From Vicugna vicugna (Eukaryota): a stretch of 64,000 nt of DNA. Position 1 is the first letter of the stretch; each line of letters begins with the position of its first letter. Below are positions 13,618-24,700 of the stretch, piece by piece. The stretch spans positions 1 through 64,000 of the forward strand of contig MU057733.1 in the NCBI GenBank assembly GCA_013265495.1. Reading direction: 5' to 3'. The notes under the pieces are model-generated. The model was given only the letters and a program-made list of their open reading frames with translations, did no database searches and had not been told where the DNA came from. The translations under genes and the position numbers were made by a program.

Positions 13618-13798
13618 GCAACTATGGGAATGAATCTGATGGCCTGTCACACCCTCAGCAGCCTCGGCTTCAGAAGGATCCAAGGGAGGAGGAGAAGGTC
13701 GATCTGATCCAGAACACGAGTGATAACGAGTCTGAGGAGGCTGGGGACTTAGCCTCAGTCTCCTCCACCCCACCCATGCAGCACCAGATCACCGACTG
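13618..13798 (+). pseudogene. OTOF: OTOF-like exon ~17
   Basis: [59 protein letters not shown]; 181 bp. Confidence 0.93.
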
Positions 13799-13925
13799 GT
13801 GAGCCAGCGGGACGGAGGGTGCTGGGAGGTGCTGTCCGCTGCCCCCATCCTCTCATGGCCCACTCCCGCTGCCACCTCCCTGGGCACCCAAGTCCTCAAC
13901 CTCCCACCTGCTCCCCACCCCCTAG

Positions 13926-14045
13926 GAACTTCTTCCATCTGCCATACCAGGAGTGCAAGCCCTGCATTTGCATCAAGAGCTGGTGGCCAGACCAACGCCG
14001 CTGCCTCTGCAGTGCCAGCATCATGGACACATCGCAGACAAGCTG
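13926..14045 (+). pseudogene. OTOF: OTOF-like exon ~18, 1-bp deletion
   Basis: [39 protein letters not shown]; 120 bp. Confidence 0.93.
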
Positions 14046-14509
14046 GTCAGGGCCAGGCCGGGGAGGGAGGGGACATCTGGTGGGGGGGGAATGCTTCAAA
14101 TGACCTCCCTCAGCCTGGAAGCTTCCCTCACAACACACAAGGCATGTCTGCCCAGCCGCTTGCCGTCGGGCGGGTGAAGGACTGCAGGAATGGCCCCAGC
14201 AGGAGTTCCTGTCCCCACCCAAGTCCCAAGAGCAGAAGAAGGTCTGAGGGCCACCCAGAGTGTCGTGTTGGAATCCTAGCCCATCCAGTCCTGGGTTTCC
14301 CTGGATGCCACTGGCCAACCCCTCTGTCTGTGGCCTGCACCGCTTCCACCCTTCACATCTAGCCCTAAGTCCCTCCCAGCCCCTGTGAGTCCACCAGACC
14401 ACAGACTTAGGCCAGAAGTGGCTTCCTCCTTCAGGAACTGAAAACCCATGAACATGAAGGCCTCCAGGCTCTGAAAACAGAGAAACTGGTGGTTTCCTTA
14501 TGAAAGGAA

Positions 14510-15000
14510 AGTGGGCTCCTCCGCTCCGCTGGGGTCTATGGAGGAAAAACTGCGCTGGCCCCACGATTCCCATGGCTGCGGCCACCTGCGGCACCAAGGC
14601 CACGTCCCTCTTCAAGTGGACCTCGGGGCGGAGCCCCGCCACGGCGCCCAGGAGCGCAGGCACCCCCCGGGGCGGCTGCCCCTCGCCCCCCGCTGCCTGG
14701 CCCTGCAGGGACCGGCTGCGGGGAGTGGGCGTCTGCGGCCAGCTGCGGAGCCCCGCTGCGGGCCTGCCCCGGCCCCACGCCAGCTCCTCCGCGCCTGCCA
14801 CCGCCATGTGTCTCCACTGCCCCCAGGATTCACTCAGCAGCTGCTTGAAAACTTGCTACAAGTATCTGAATCAGACCAGTCGCAGTTTCGCAGCTGTTAT
14901 CGAGGCGCTGGATGGGGAAATGCGCCATGCAGTGTGCATATTTTATTTGGTTCTCTGAGCTCTGGACACTCTGGAAGATGACATGACCATCAGTATCGAA
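14510..15000 (+). pseudogene. FDFT1: FDFT1 processed pseudogene, 5' segment (intron-1-like CpG-rich leader plus spliced coding sequence)
   Basis: [57 protein letters not shown], intronless across the exon 2/3 junction; Arg codon changed to TGA at 14956-14958. Left edge approximate. Confidence 0.93.
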
Positions 15001-16062
15001 GCGGGGAAGCCATCGTCTATCCCTGAAAAGGTCAGCCCACTTCCCAGCGGATTTGGTCTCCAGACCAACCCCGCCTCAGTGCTCTCTGGTCTGAACGTAG
15101 TCCTCTGTGACCTGGGACAGGGTGCTCGGGTACTGCCAGCTCAGGGCCACCAGGAGCATGACAAATGACAGGTAGATGGGGGAGTAGTGGCTCCGGGAGA
15201 TGAGCTGGCAATTGGGAAGATTCTGTGTTCTGATCGTGGAGATGATCTGCCTTGTTTTACCAGAACATGGGTCGGAGCCAGGAATTCTGTGATAAGTCTC
15301 CTCCATGTACGGGTGTATTATAGCTTTGATGGCTGGCATATTGGTGGCATCCATCATCAGGGTGACTGCTTGCCCTTTCCAAATCTTCACCACCCCTCTG
15401 AACACCTGCTGATTATTGTAACAGGTGGCCAAAGTAGCAATGGCCATGACCTGTGGAATAGCGCAGGAGTTAAACACAATCTGGTTTCTCAGCCGTGAAA
15501 GGTAGGTGATGACATCGGGGATGTGGTGCAGTGTGTTGGCTATCAGCTCGTTCAGGCACTGCACAGCCACGTCAGCGCGCTCTGGCTTAGCAAAGTCGCC
15601 CAGCTTCTTCACGTACTTGCCCCAAACTTCTTGAGGCCAAAACTCTCTTCCTTCTCACTGGTCTTCCAGATAATCACGAATGATGTTTCTTTTCTGCAGG
15701 AACAGGCCCGTGGAGTTGGCACGCTCTGTGTCTTCACCAACTAAGGGGTCTTCAAACTCTGAGGCCGAGAATAGATGGGAAAGGCCAGTCCGCACCAGCC
15801 CAGCCACGTAGTGACAGTACTTGTCCCACTCCTGCGCAGACGTCACTTGCTTATCCAAACACTCCGTCATCCCAAATCCCATCTTCCAGCAAATGTCAAC
15901 AATCACCGTCTGATATTTCTCAGCCAGATTTCTGAACTGCAGGGAGATCCTGGAAAAGTCCTCCAGCACTTGTCGGTCCTTCTCCTTGCTCTCCATGAAC
16001 TGCCAGTCGGGCTCATAAAGGTACGAGTGGAAGTTGTGTAACAGGGGGACCTTTTTTTCGAT
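15001..16062 (-). pseudogene. FDFT1: FDFT1 processed pseudogene, inverted 3' segment (IEKKVPLLHNFH to stop plus ~75 nt of 3' UTR)
   Basis: ORFs 15655-15996 and 15076-15612 are intronless squalene synthase (CHYVAGLV, NIIRDYLED, C-terminal YVQTREH); in-frame TGA at 15655-15657. Confidence 0.96.
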
Positions 16063-16157
16063 GGGGGGACACTCCAGGGACAGTGCTCATGAGAGGTCCT
16101 AGGGCACTAGCCCCTCGTGAGCTGATGGAGGCTGGGGCTGTCACTCCTGGTTCAGAG

Positions 16158-16258
16158 TAAGAGGGCCTGGATGATGTGCAGGAGATGATCAAAATGGACA
16201 AGTCCTACCCTGAGCGACGACTGCAGGGCGTCCTGGAGGAGCCGAGCTGTGGCTGCTG
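16158..16258 (+). pseudogene. OTOF: OTOF-like exon ~19, begins with nonsense TAA
   Basis: [32 protein letters not shown]; 101 bp. Confidence 0.93.
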
Positions 16259-16394
16259 GTGAGCGGCAGGGCTGCTGAACGGGGCGGGGGTGGCGTGGCA
16301 CGCAGAAGAGGGGGCTGGCAGAGAAGGAGGCATTTGCAGGCCTCCTGCTGGCAGGTGGGCTCTGCTAAGCCCTGTTCCCCACTTTCTGCCCCAG

Positions 16395-16485
16395 ACGCTT
16401 CCTCTCACTGGCTGACAAGCACCAGGGCCCCTCGTCCTGCACCAGGCTAGGAGGAGAGTGCCTCAAGTCCTGTGTGCAGGAACAG
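16395..16485 (+). pseudogene. OTOF: OTOF-like exon ~20
   Basis: RFLSLADKHQGPSSCTRLGGECLKSCVQEQ; 91 bp. Confidence 0.92.
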
Positions 16486-16641
16486 GTGAGGATGCCGCTG
16501 GACCACATGGGGGATGGGGAGGATCTGGAGGTGGAAAGGCAACCCAAGGTGGGGGGACATCTGCTCTGAAGTCACAGCCCCCAAGGGCAGCCTCCATCAC
16601 AAGTCGTGGACTGAGCCCCACGTACACCCCCGACCCTGCAG

Positions 16642-16758
16642 GAGAGACTGGGGCAACAGGCAAAGACCCTGTGGGCACAGGTGAAGCAGCACACAGTGTG
16701 GGACAAGCTGAGGCTAAGCCAGAACTTGCTGCAGAAGCTGCACTTCCTGGCAGACAAG
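16642..16758 (+). pseudogene. OTOF: OTOF-like exon ~21
   Basis: [39 protein letters not shown]; 117 bp. Confidence 0.93.
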
Positions 16759-17051
16759 GTGTGCGCCCTGAAGGCATGCACAGAGGGGATGCCAGCCCCA
16801 AACCCCAGTGACCCAAGGCAGAAGTGGGGCTGCACAGGGGGCGCTGAGCCAGACCACCCAGGAGGCCCCTCCTGCTCTGACAGCCATTGGGGGACGGGGG
16901 TGACCAAGCCTTTCACCCTGTCGGGTGTTCTTCCCACTGGATCCACGGGAGGAGAAGGAAATCCCAGCATCAGGGGTCCTTCCCTCCGTGGGTCTAGGGC
17001 TGGCCAAGGGGCAGGACCTCTCCCTTACGGGCCCCCACCTGCCCACCGCAG

Positions 17052-17205
17052 GCCCACACAGCATCCCCGACGTCTTCATCTGGATGATGAGCGACGATGA
17101 GCACATGGCCTCATCCCGGTGCCCCCCACCCCAGGACCTGCTCTTCTCCATCGTGGGGGAGGAGCTGGGTGAGGACCACACCAGATCAAGGTGCTCTTCC
17201 TCAAG
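17052..17205 (+). pseudogene. OTOF: OTOF-like exon ~22, frameshifted
   Basis: [12 protein letters not shown]...[12 protein letters not shown]...LFLK|gtgcc. Confidence 0.92.
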
Positions 17206-17521
17206 GTGCCGGAAGGGAAATCAGATTAGGGGGTGGAGGGGTTCGTGCTTTGTTCAAGGGGTCAGCCTCCCTTGGAGGGAGCAGCGTGCCCACCCCGGGT
17301 CTGGCTGGCCTGAGCTGATGGGGTGCTTAGAGAAGAGGTGGAGAGAGTAGGAATGGCAGGGGGCCCCATCCCATCCATCCTCCTTGGAGCTCTGTTCCCA
17401 ACCCCACAGCCCAGTGGGATGGCTGCAGAGGGACAGAGGCCCTCTGACCACGACCTCCTGTAGCCCCCTGCCCCTTCCTCACCCCACGGGCTCCGGAAGC
17501 TGATCCCACGCCCACCCCCAG

Positions 17522-17710
17522 CAGCCAGGGAAGCGGGTCTTCGGCATGGCGGGCTGGACAGCGCAAGCCAGGCTGGAGCCCTGCCTGTGGCTGGGCCACA
17601 GCAGGCAGCGTGGGGACTTCCAGTGGGGCCTGCCCTGCGGCTTTGAGGGGGCCTAGGGGCCCCAGGTTTGGGCCTGCACTCCCTCCTGCCCAGCAGCCTG
17701 GTCTGCACCA
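17522..17710 (+). pseudogene. OTOF: OTOF-like exon ~23, frameshift/stop
   Basis: [42 protein letters not shown]...GLHSLLPSSLVCT. Confidence 0.9.
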
Positions 17711-17822
17711 GTGAGCGAGGCAGGTTGTAGCCAGGCCCAGGGAAGCCCCTGGCTCCCAATCCTCACCCTGGGAGAGTGCTGGGGTTGCCTGTTCCCAGCC
17801 CTCTAGCCTGCTCTCCCCACAG

Positions 17823-17946
17823 AGAAGCAGGCTTTCCAGCCCCTTGCCCGCAGGTACCAGGCTTGGAGCCTCTGTGCTGCTGACAGCAGTGGCCTCTCAG
17901 GCCCCTTGCCCGAGTCTTCTTTATCAATTCAAGTCAGAGCACAGAG
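17823..17946 (+). pseudogene. OTOF: OTOF-like exon ~24 (C2D start), frameshifted
   Basis: KQAFQPLARRYQAWSLCAADSSGLSGP/ARVFFINSSQSTE. Confidence 0.9.
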
Positions 17947-18336
17947 GCAAGGGCTGGGGGAAGAGGGAGTGACACTGGCTTTGCGGGCACTGGGGGAGGC
18001 CTGTGAGCTTCTGGGGCCTGGGGAGACAGATCAGCCAGCACCCCAGACCCACAGAGGGAAGCCTGGCAGATACCTGGGGACCCGGGCCACATGGTGGAGG
18101 CTTTAATGTGCTTACATTCTGTATGGAGGACAGGGAAGACCTGGTAGGGGCTGAGGGAACAGGGTCAGGAGTAGACCTCACATCAACCTTCATTTTAAGA
18201 TTCCCAGAAGAGTCAGGGGTTATGTCCCTCCTGCCCCTGAGCCCCCTGGAAACCATAGTGACTGGGGGTGAGTCCTGCTCGGGTATCTGCCCACCCACAA
18301 CCACTGATTATCCATCCCCCCCGCCCTGAGCTACAG

Positions 18337-18471
18337 GTGCTGAATGAGACCCTGTGCCCCACCTGGGACCAGGTGCTGGTGTTCAACACCCTTGAGTGCT
18401 GTGGGGAAGCTCATGAGTTCCTAGATGACCCCCCCATCGTTGTCATTGAAATCTATGGCCAGGACACTGGT
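18337..18471 (+). pseudogene. OTOF: OTOF-like exon ~25
   Basis: [45 protein letters not shown]; 135 bp. Confidence 0.94.
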
Positions 18472-19128
18472 GTAGGTGGGCTCCAGCACCAGGGATCACC
18501 CCAATGTCCCTCACTACTCCCGCACTGACGGCCCCCTCCCCCGCTCTCCCCTGAGCCCCTCGGGCAGGTGTTTGCTGGGAAGCTGGAGGGTTGGGCAGCC
18601 CCTCCAGGACACCCCAGGTGTCCCCTGCCCTGTCACCGCAGTCTGACTCCTTCCTGATGCTCGAGGACTCTGGGGCCTCAGGGAGGAGATGGGCCAGGGC
18701 ATTCCGCCTCCCAGCATAGACAGACCAAATTCAGGCCCAGAATCTTCAAGAGATGTGTCAGAAAGGCCTGCTGTCCCCGGCCTCCCCCACCCCAGGGACT
18801 CCCCGGCCCCTGCCCACACCTACCACAGTCAGCTGCCCAGCTTTCCACGGGAGCGCTGGAGTTGGGGAGTGGAGGACTGGGGTGCCACGAGCGAGTTCTA
18901 GACTAGAGGCAGGCGCACCTATTTGTAGTCTGAGTACCGCATCTGCCGTTCACTACCAACCTGGCCTGAGCTAGCCTGAGACTTGGTTTCCCCATCTATA
19001 AAATGGGTTGCTCCCCATGTGTAAAATGCAACTCCACGGGGCTGTGGGGGACTGAATGTGATCTGGGATGTGAACGTGCTTGGTAAATTCAAGCACTGAG
19101 AGGCCACCTTGGCTCTTTGTCGTGTCAG

Positions 19129-19290
19129 GGCAAAGCAGACTTCATGGGCCTGAACTTTGCCAAGCCCGTGGTGAAGGGGGCCAGCGAGGCATACTGCCCA
19201 CCCTGCTTCCCGCCCCAGCTCGAGTCCTACCAGATCTACTGGCGCAGCGCCACCACGGGGGACCTGCTGGCCACCTTGGAGCTCTGGCAG
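19129..19290 (+). pseudogene. OTOF: OTOF-like exon ~26
   Basis: [54 protein letters not shown]; 162 bp. Confidence 0.94.
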
Positions 19291-19503
19291 GTGGGGCTGC
19301 AGGGAAGAGGGGACTGGGTGGGGGCCAGTCTCCTCCCCATCCTGCTGTGAGGCCCATTGTGATGGAAGCTGAGGATGTGGTTCTTGGGAACCCCGGCTTT
19401 TCAGCTTTCCTTGTCTCCCCAGGTCATGAGGCAAATAACTCACGAGGAAAGGGAGCTCTCCCCAGGCTCCCCAGGCTAGGACACTATGTCCCTCATTTCC
19501 CAG

Positions 19504-19548
19504 ATTGGACTAGCAGGGAAGGCCGACCTGCCACTCATCAATGGTCCA
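19504..19548 (+). pseudogene. OTOF: OTOF-like exon ~27, only the first 15 codons (breakpoint)
   Basis: cag|IGLAGKADLPLINGP, then unrelated AT-rich sequence; the human exon continues VDVDRGPIMPVP. Confidence 0.88.
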
Positions 19549-20039
19549 CATTACAAATCAACTCACTTCAATTAAAATATATGTATTTTTATATATACCG
19601 CTTAAGTACTTTAGGTACAAGCTTAAATAAAAAAAGTTTTTTAAAGCTATAGGCTAGTCTGTAACACTTCAGTATTATTGTAAAACGTGTTGATTTCAGA
19701 ATTTTAACTTTGGCTCCTGCCTGTTTTAGAACACTAGCTCTCAAATAGTTTTTCTAATAAATCTACACTGTTTTTTGTTCTCAATCATTGAATGGCACAT
19801 TTTAAAGGAATAAAACTAAAGAATGAATAACAAAAACTCCAACTTAAGGTTACAAAAATAAACCTCTTAAGAAAAACCACACACAATAGGAGATCACTAA
19901 GCCTCTAATTTCCCACTGCAGGTCAAAAATAACAGCGTGCCCACTCGGGCCACACCTGGGCCACTGTAACGCAGCAGTCACAGCTGCCGTCATTTACCGA
20001 GCTTATCCTAAGTAGCGGGATGGTCTCCCGCTCGCTCTC

Positions 20040-21020
20040 CCCCGGGGAACAGGCGACCATCCGCAGCTGCGAGAAAGCGACGCATGCGCAGTGAGCGAGA
20101 GCCGCCCCCGCAGTCTCGGCTCCTCAGGGTTCGAGCGAACAAGTCCGCGTCCCGCCGCGCCGCCTCAGCCGGGCGTCTGCGCCTCCTCGCCCGCCTCGCT
20201 CCAGCCCCGGTTCCTCCGAGGGCGGCCCGGGAGCCCTGTTGTCCAGGGGGCTTGGCAACGCGTGAGGAAACTGCGGCCCCTCCCGGAGGCTCGGACTCTC
20301 GGCGTGGGCTGGAAGGCGGCGGCGGCGGCGGCCCGCGCCTCGGAGGCGCCCTGGGTCTGCGCGCCGCTGCATCCCGGGCCCGCGACCGGTCGCCGCGAGC
20401 GTCGGCGGAGCCGCTTTCCCTCTGCGCCTCGTCTGGTCTCGGGTGAGTTGGCGGCCGGGGGCGCGCGGGGCTTTCCGTGCTGCCCCGCCGACCGGGGGCT
20501 GAGAGGAGCCGCAGGGTGCCGGGCGGGGGCCGGGGCGGTTGGCGGGGGCGCGGGAGGCTCAGGCCGCCGGGAGGGCGGCGCGTCGGCGGGGGCTCGCTTG
20601 TGCCTGTCGCCCCGGGGCCCCGCGCGGACCCCGGTCGCCCAGGCATTTCGGGGGGTGGGGTGTGGGTGCCGGACCCTAGGTTCCTTTGCTGGGGGAGCCC
20701 TCGGGTGCCTGCTGCGGCTTTGGTCTCCGGGGGAGGCCGGTCTCCCCGCGAGGCGGAGGAGCGGAAGAGGCAGGAAGTCCCCCGAGACACGGAGGTCCCC
20801 TCGGCGGGGGTGGAGCTGCGGGAGCGGGCGGCGCAGCCGGGAGGGCACTGAAGGGTCGCGGGGCCGCGGGAGGTGGGCGAGGCGGCGGCGGCCGCCGCGC
20901 TGCCAGCCCCTCGGAGACGCCGGGGGTGTACGCGGGTCGGGTCGGGAGGAGGGGGCGCCCTCGCAAGGGGAGCCGCCGAGAGGAAGATGAGCGCAGTCTC
21001 CCGCTGGCGGGTCACACCCC
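20040..21020. promoter_or_regulatory. CpG-island promoter with NRF1-like site and a candidate + strand first-exon donor; gene not identified
   Basis: About 1 kb of very GC/CpG-rich sequence; cgcatgcgca at 20081-20090; tctcgg|gtgagt with donor at 20443. Confidence 0.8.
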
Positions 21021-21983
21021 TGAGTGTTGGTCCAGAGCAGAGGTGGAGGGAATTTGGGAAACCCAAAGAACTTATGGGGAGGGGGAGACGCGGGAGCTGC
21101 CAAGTATTGTCATCTCCGTCGCAGTTACTTTCCTTAGCGTTTTTGTGCTTGATGGTTTTGCTCCCCAGCTCGGCTGGGTAGCTCCAGATTCGCTCCCTCC
21201 CATCACCCTCTCTGTGCCACATTGACTCTCCTGTGGTTTTCCCCTTATCCCCCACTCCTTTTCCGGTACGTAGTATTTTGCCTTCTGCTTGGTGAGCATT
21301 TGCTAAGGACAGGAGGCCTGAGCTTGTTGTGACCCTGAACTGCCTTGAACTCCTCTCTCTCCCACCTTTTCCTTTCTGGGATCTTACATGTCACCTGGCC
21401 ATCAATAGTTAGCTTTTCTTCTGGAGAAATGGCGAAAGCACTTAGCCAAGATCCCTGGCACTCTTGCTTTATATTAACGAGTCCACCAAAGACACGTCGT
21501 TTGTCATGGATTATCACCTCTTTACTCTTTAGTGAAATTAATTTTTGAGATACAAAAGTGGCAAATTTTGGTTTGAGTGTCGGCTATTCCTAGGGTCAGC
21601 AGAGTGTATCCCTGGCAGCCAGACCTGTGACTTACCAGGAAATGCTTGACTTGGAGGGACAGTTCTTTCCTCAAACTTTGCTGATTTTTTCTTGAGTCTT
21701 TGTTGAAGGATTTCTTTTATAAGGTCTAAAGTTTTCAGGCTGAGGATGATGGGGGGAAAAAGGGTCAAAGAGCCTAGCAGTGATACTACTGAGCCTTGGA
21801 ATTAAGAAAGCCTGAACCTGCCCAAACTCTAGGTTTCTTGTTACATGAGATGATAAACTTAATATTTAAGCCATGCGCCCTGTTCCTGTAGCTATTAGTA
21901 TCTGATAATAGGTGTCACTCACTATATTAGGAATTACAGACATCCTAAAACAAAGCCATGTGACTGACTGTTAAGAAAAGTCT

Positions 21984-22196
21984 TTCATTACAGGTTGCTA
22001 CGAGATATTGAATTTAGTTCCCTGTGCTATATACAGTATTAATTTGTTGTTACATCTATTTTATATATAGTGGTTAGTATCTGCAAATTTTGAACTCCCA
22101 ATATCCCTTCCCACCCGTCTGGTAACCAAAAGTTTGATCCATGCTGTAGACCAGAAGTTGACACAAAATTGTAAACTGACTATACATCAATAAAAC
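21984..22196. mobile_element. Short 5'-inverted L1 3' end (twin-priming type)
   Basis: L1 3' UTR on minus (about 21984-22137) joined to the L1 terminal segment on plus (about 22138-22196); flanks agaaaagtcttt and agaaaatgtcttt look like a TSD. Confidence 0.75.
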
Positions 22197-22351
22197 AGAA
22201 AATGTCTTTTTGCATTCAAACATCCTTTAGATGACACATTCATAAGAATGCGAGCAAGATCATCATGAAAGTTTCACGGCATCCTGGCTTAGTGGAGGAG
22301 TGAAAATCTGACTTAGGAATGCATTTATACCAATTATTTGAAAGTCTAACT

Positions 22352-22500
22352 GGGGTGAGGGGAGGTATAGCTCAGCGGTAGAGTGCATTCCTAGCATGCA
22401 TGAGACCTTGGGTTCAATCCCCAGTACCTCTGTTAAAAAAAAAAAAAAGGAAATAAAAATTAATCCCCCACCCCAAAACAAAACAAAACTTGTTAAAAAA
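22352..22500 (+). mobile_element. tRNA-derived camelid-type SINE
   Basis: ggaggtatagctcagcggtagagtgc...gggttcaatccccagtacctc plus A-rich tail; TSD-like agtctaact/agtctcact. Confidence 0.88.
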
Positions 22501-22961
22501 GAGTCTCACTGGTAAGTTGTTAACAAGACTTTCTCTGGCTCTGCTGTGTAGTAACAAGCCAGGCAGTGAACTCACTGAACTGCTCACTTCGCTGCTGCTG
22601 TCCACTCTCCCTTGTGACCCTCTCACTTCTTTTTCAGGAACAGGAACAGAGGGTACACATCATTAAATAAGAGCATGAATATTCTGCCTCAAGTCATGTA
22701 TTTTAGCCGAACTCTTCCTAAGTCATGGGTTAACTGACAGCACCACAGAATAATACCATTTTTTTAAAAAAAAGAAATGAATCAATTTTTAAAGACAATT
22801 TTGGAGTCCATGTTGATCTCAGACCCACAGAAGAGGCGAGGTCACATTGGAGATGACTCCTTCCGGCAGAGCAAAAGCAGAAACTGACACCTACTCCTGT
22901 AACAGTTCAAAGAGCTTTCTCTTAGGAACCTCCCTGAAAATAGTGCTCTTCTTAATCTGTT

Positions 22962-23053
22962 CTTGATAAATATCCACAGGGAATTAAAGCCCAGTTATCG
23001 TGTGTGTGTGTGTGTCTTGATAAATATCCACAGGGAATTAAAGCCCGGTTATC

Positions 23054-23080
<27 letters not shown>
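22962..23080. repeat. Two-copy ~54-bp tandem repeat ending in (TG)n
   Basis: tcttgataaatatccacagggaattaaagccc[a/g]gttatcgtgtgtg occurs twice. Confidence 0.9.
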
Positions 23081-23084
<4 letters not shown>

Positions 23085-24299
23085 CCACAGGTCGTCATGA
23101 TGTCCAGCTGGGGAAGGAGCATGGAAAGGGAGAGTCAGATGGTGGAAAGGCAGCCCTGCTCATAGCCCCAGGTGTAGACTGTCCCCTTTGCTCAGATTTC
23201 TCAGAGCCATCACACTCATCCAGATATTTAAATAACATAAAGAAGAAAAACACTGAGACATCATTTCGGGCTGTAATTATCTAACTGGCCACCAACAGCA
23301 ATTTAGAACTCGGCTTTGTGCACATGTTTATATCATTTCCATAGTTACAATGTAGTTCAAAGGAGCCCTTTGAACTGTCCTTGGGAAACCAAGAGGGACA
23401 GTGGGTGATGGGCACTGCAGTGACCCAGGCTGGTGTATGGGAAACCAAGGGCCAGACAGGGGACCCTGTGGCATGGGGGAGACAGTCACCCAGTGAGCAC
23501 CACTGGAGAGGAGTGCCCAGTGATCACGCTGAGCCGCAGCCCTGGGTCAGCCCTGGGAGCTTCTTCCACCCCTCACCTTTGGTCAGCAGGATGGCAGAGT
23601 TTGACCCCAGCAGCGGCCTTGTATGCTCGGTGTGGCTGAGGGGAGAGGGGGAGCCAGCTCGGGGGAGCCCAGCCCAGAGGGAGCCACAATTCAGATGCCC
23701 AAGCTGGAAGCCCAGTAATCTCCATGACCCTGTCTCTCCTCTGACCCCCTCCTGGCCCAGACACCACACAGGCCTTCTTCCAGCTCCCCCTGCCTGCACC
23801 TGCCTTCTCCGAGTCAGAGGGATCCCACCAGTGAAGACCAGGTCCTGCCCCCTCATTCTAGGGTCCTGCCCGAGGTGGCAGGTGGGAGCTCCCCCACACT
23901 CCCTCACCCCATCCAAGCTCTGATCGCCCAGGCCTGGGATGGACTCAACTTGTCAACGTCCACCATCACTGTGTGGCTCAGGGGGTGGCAGGTGGGAGAG
24001 GGTCTCATCTGCAGGGCTGCCCTGGCCACCCATCCCTGAGCACTCCCTTGGGGAAGCTGAGTGCACAGAGAGAAGTTCTTTTCAGGCTCACTGAGAACAG
24101 GCAGCCTGGAGTGTGATGTGTATGCTGTTGGTGCTGCAGGAAGCCAGCAGGGTCGGGAGGAAGGAGCAGAGTCTAGGGGGTGGGGGTGGAGCTGGCGGGC
24201 TTGTGGATCAAAGGATGTGGGCATGGAGGAAGGAGGTGGCTGGGCCACTCCCAGATTTCTGGCTGGGACTGAGGCATCAGCGAAGGTGGAGAAACAGGA

Positions 24300-24700
24300 T
24301 ATTACTTAGGTATAGGTATGGTTGCTTCAGTAGGATCAAACCACTAAACTTGTTTCTTCCTCACTGAATAGTCTGGGCATATGCAGTCCATAGCTGAGTG
24401 GAATCCAAACCTTTACCCTCTCGGGGACCCTGGCTCCTTCTGCAGAGGGCCCCACCACCTCTAGGGTATTGGTGAGAGAACTTAACATCAAGTCCACAGA
24501 CCAGCCAGCGGGAAGGCAAAGTGGGGAAGGGAAGGGCATTCTTTAAGCCTAAGTGAATAACCAGAAAGTTTTACACATCACTCCTGCTCACATTCCACTG
24601 GTACAAACTTAGTCATATGCCTGCATCTAGCTTCACAGAGGCTGGGAAATACCATCTTTATTCCGAGTGGCTCAGCTAAGAATTGAGGATTCCATGTCTG
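24300..24700 (-). mobile_element. MLT1-type MaLR LTR fragment
   Basis: catcactcctgctcacattccactggtacaaacttagtcatatg...gaggctgggaaata resembles MLT1 in reverse orientation. Confidence 0.55.

Noticed and set aside
15076..15996. Functional squalene synthase gene or retrogene
   Set aside because: The CDS is split across opposite strands, has two in-frame stops and lacks exon 1.
20008..21255. Long overlapping ORFs (415, 312 and 299 aa) on both strands
   Set aside because: Low-complexity Pro/Arg/Gly/Ala translations expected in a CpG island lacking stop codons; no recognisable domain.
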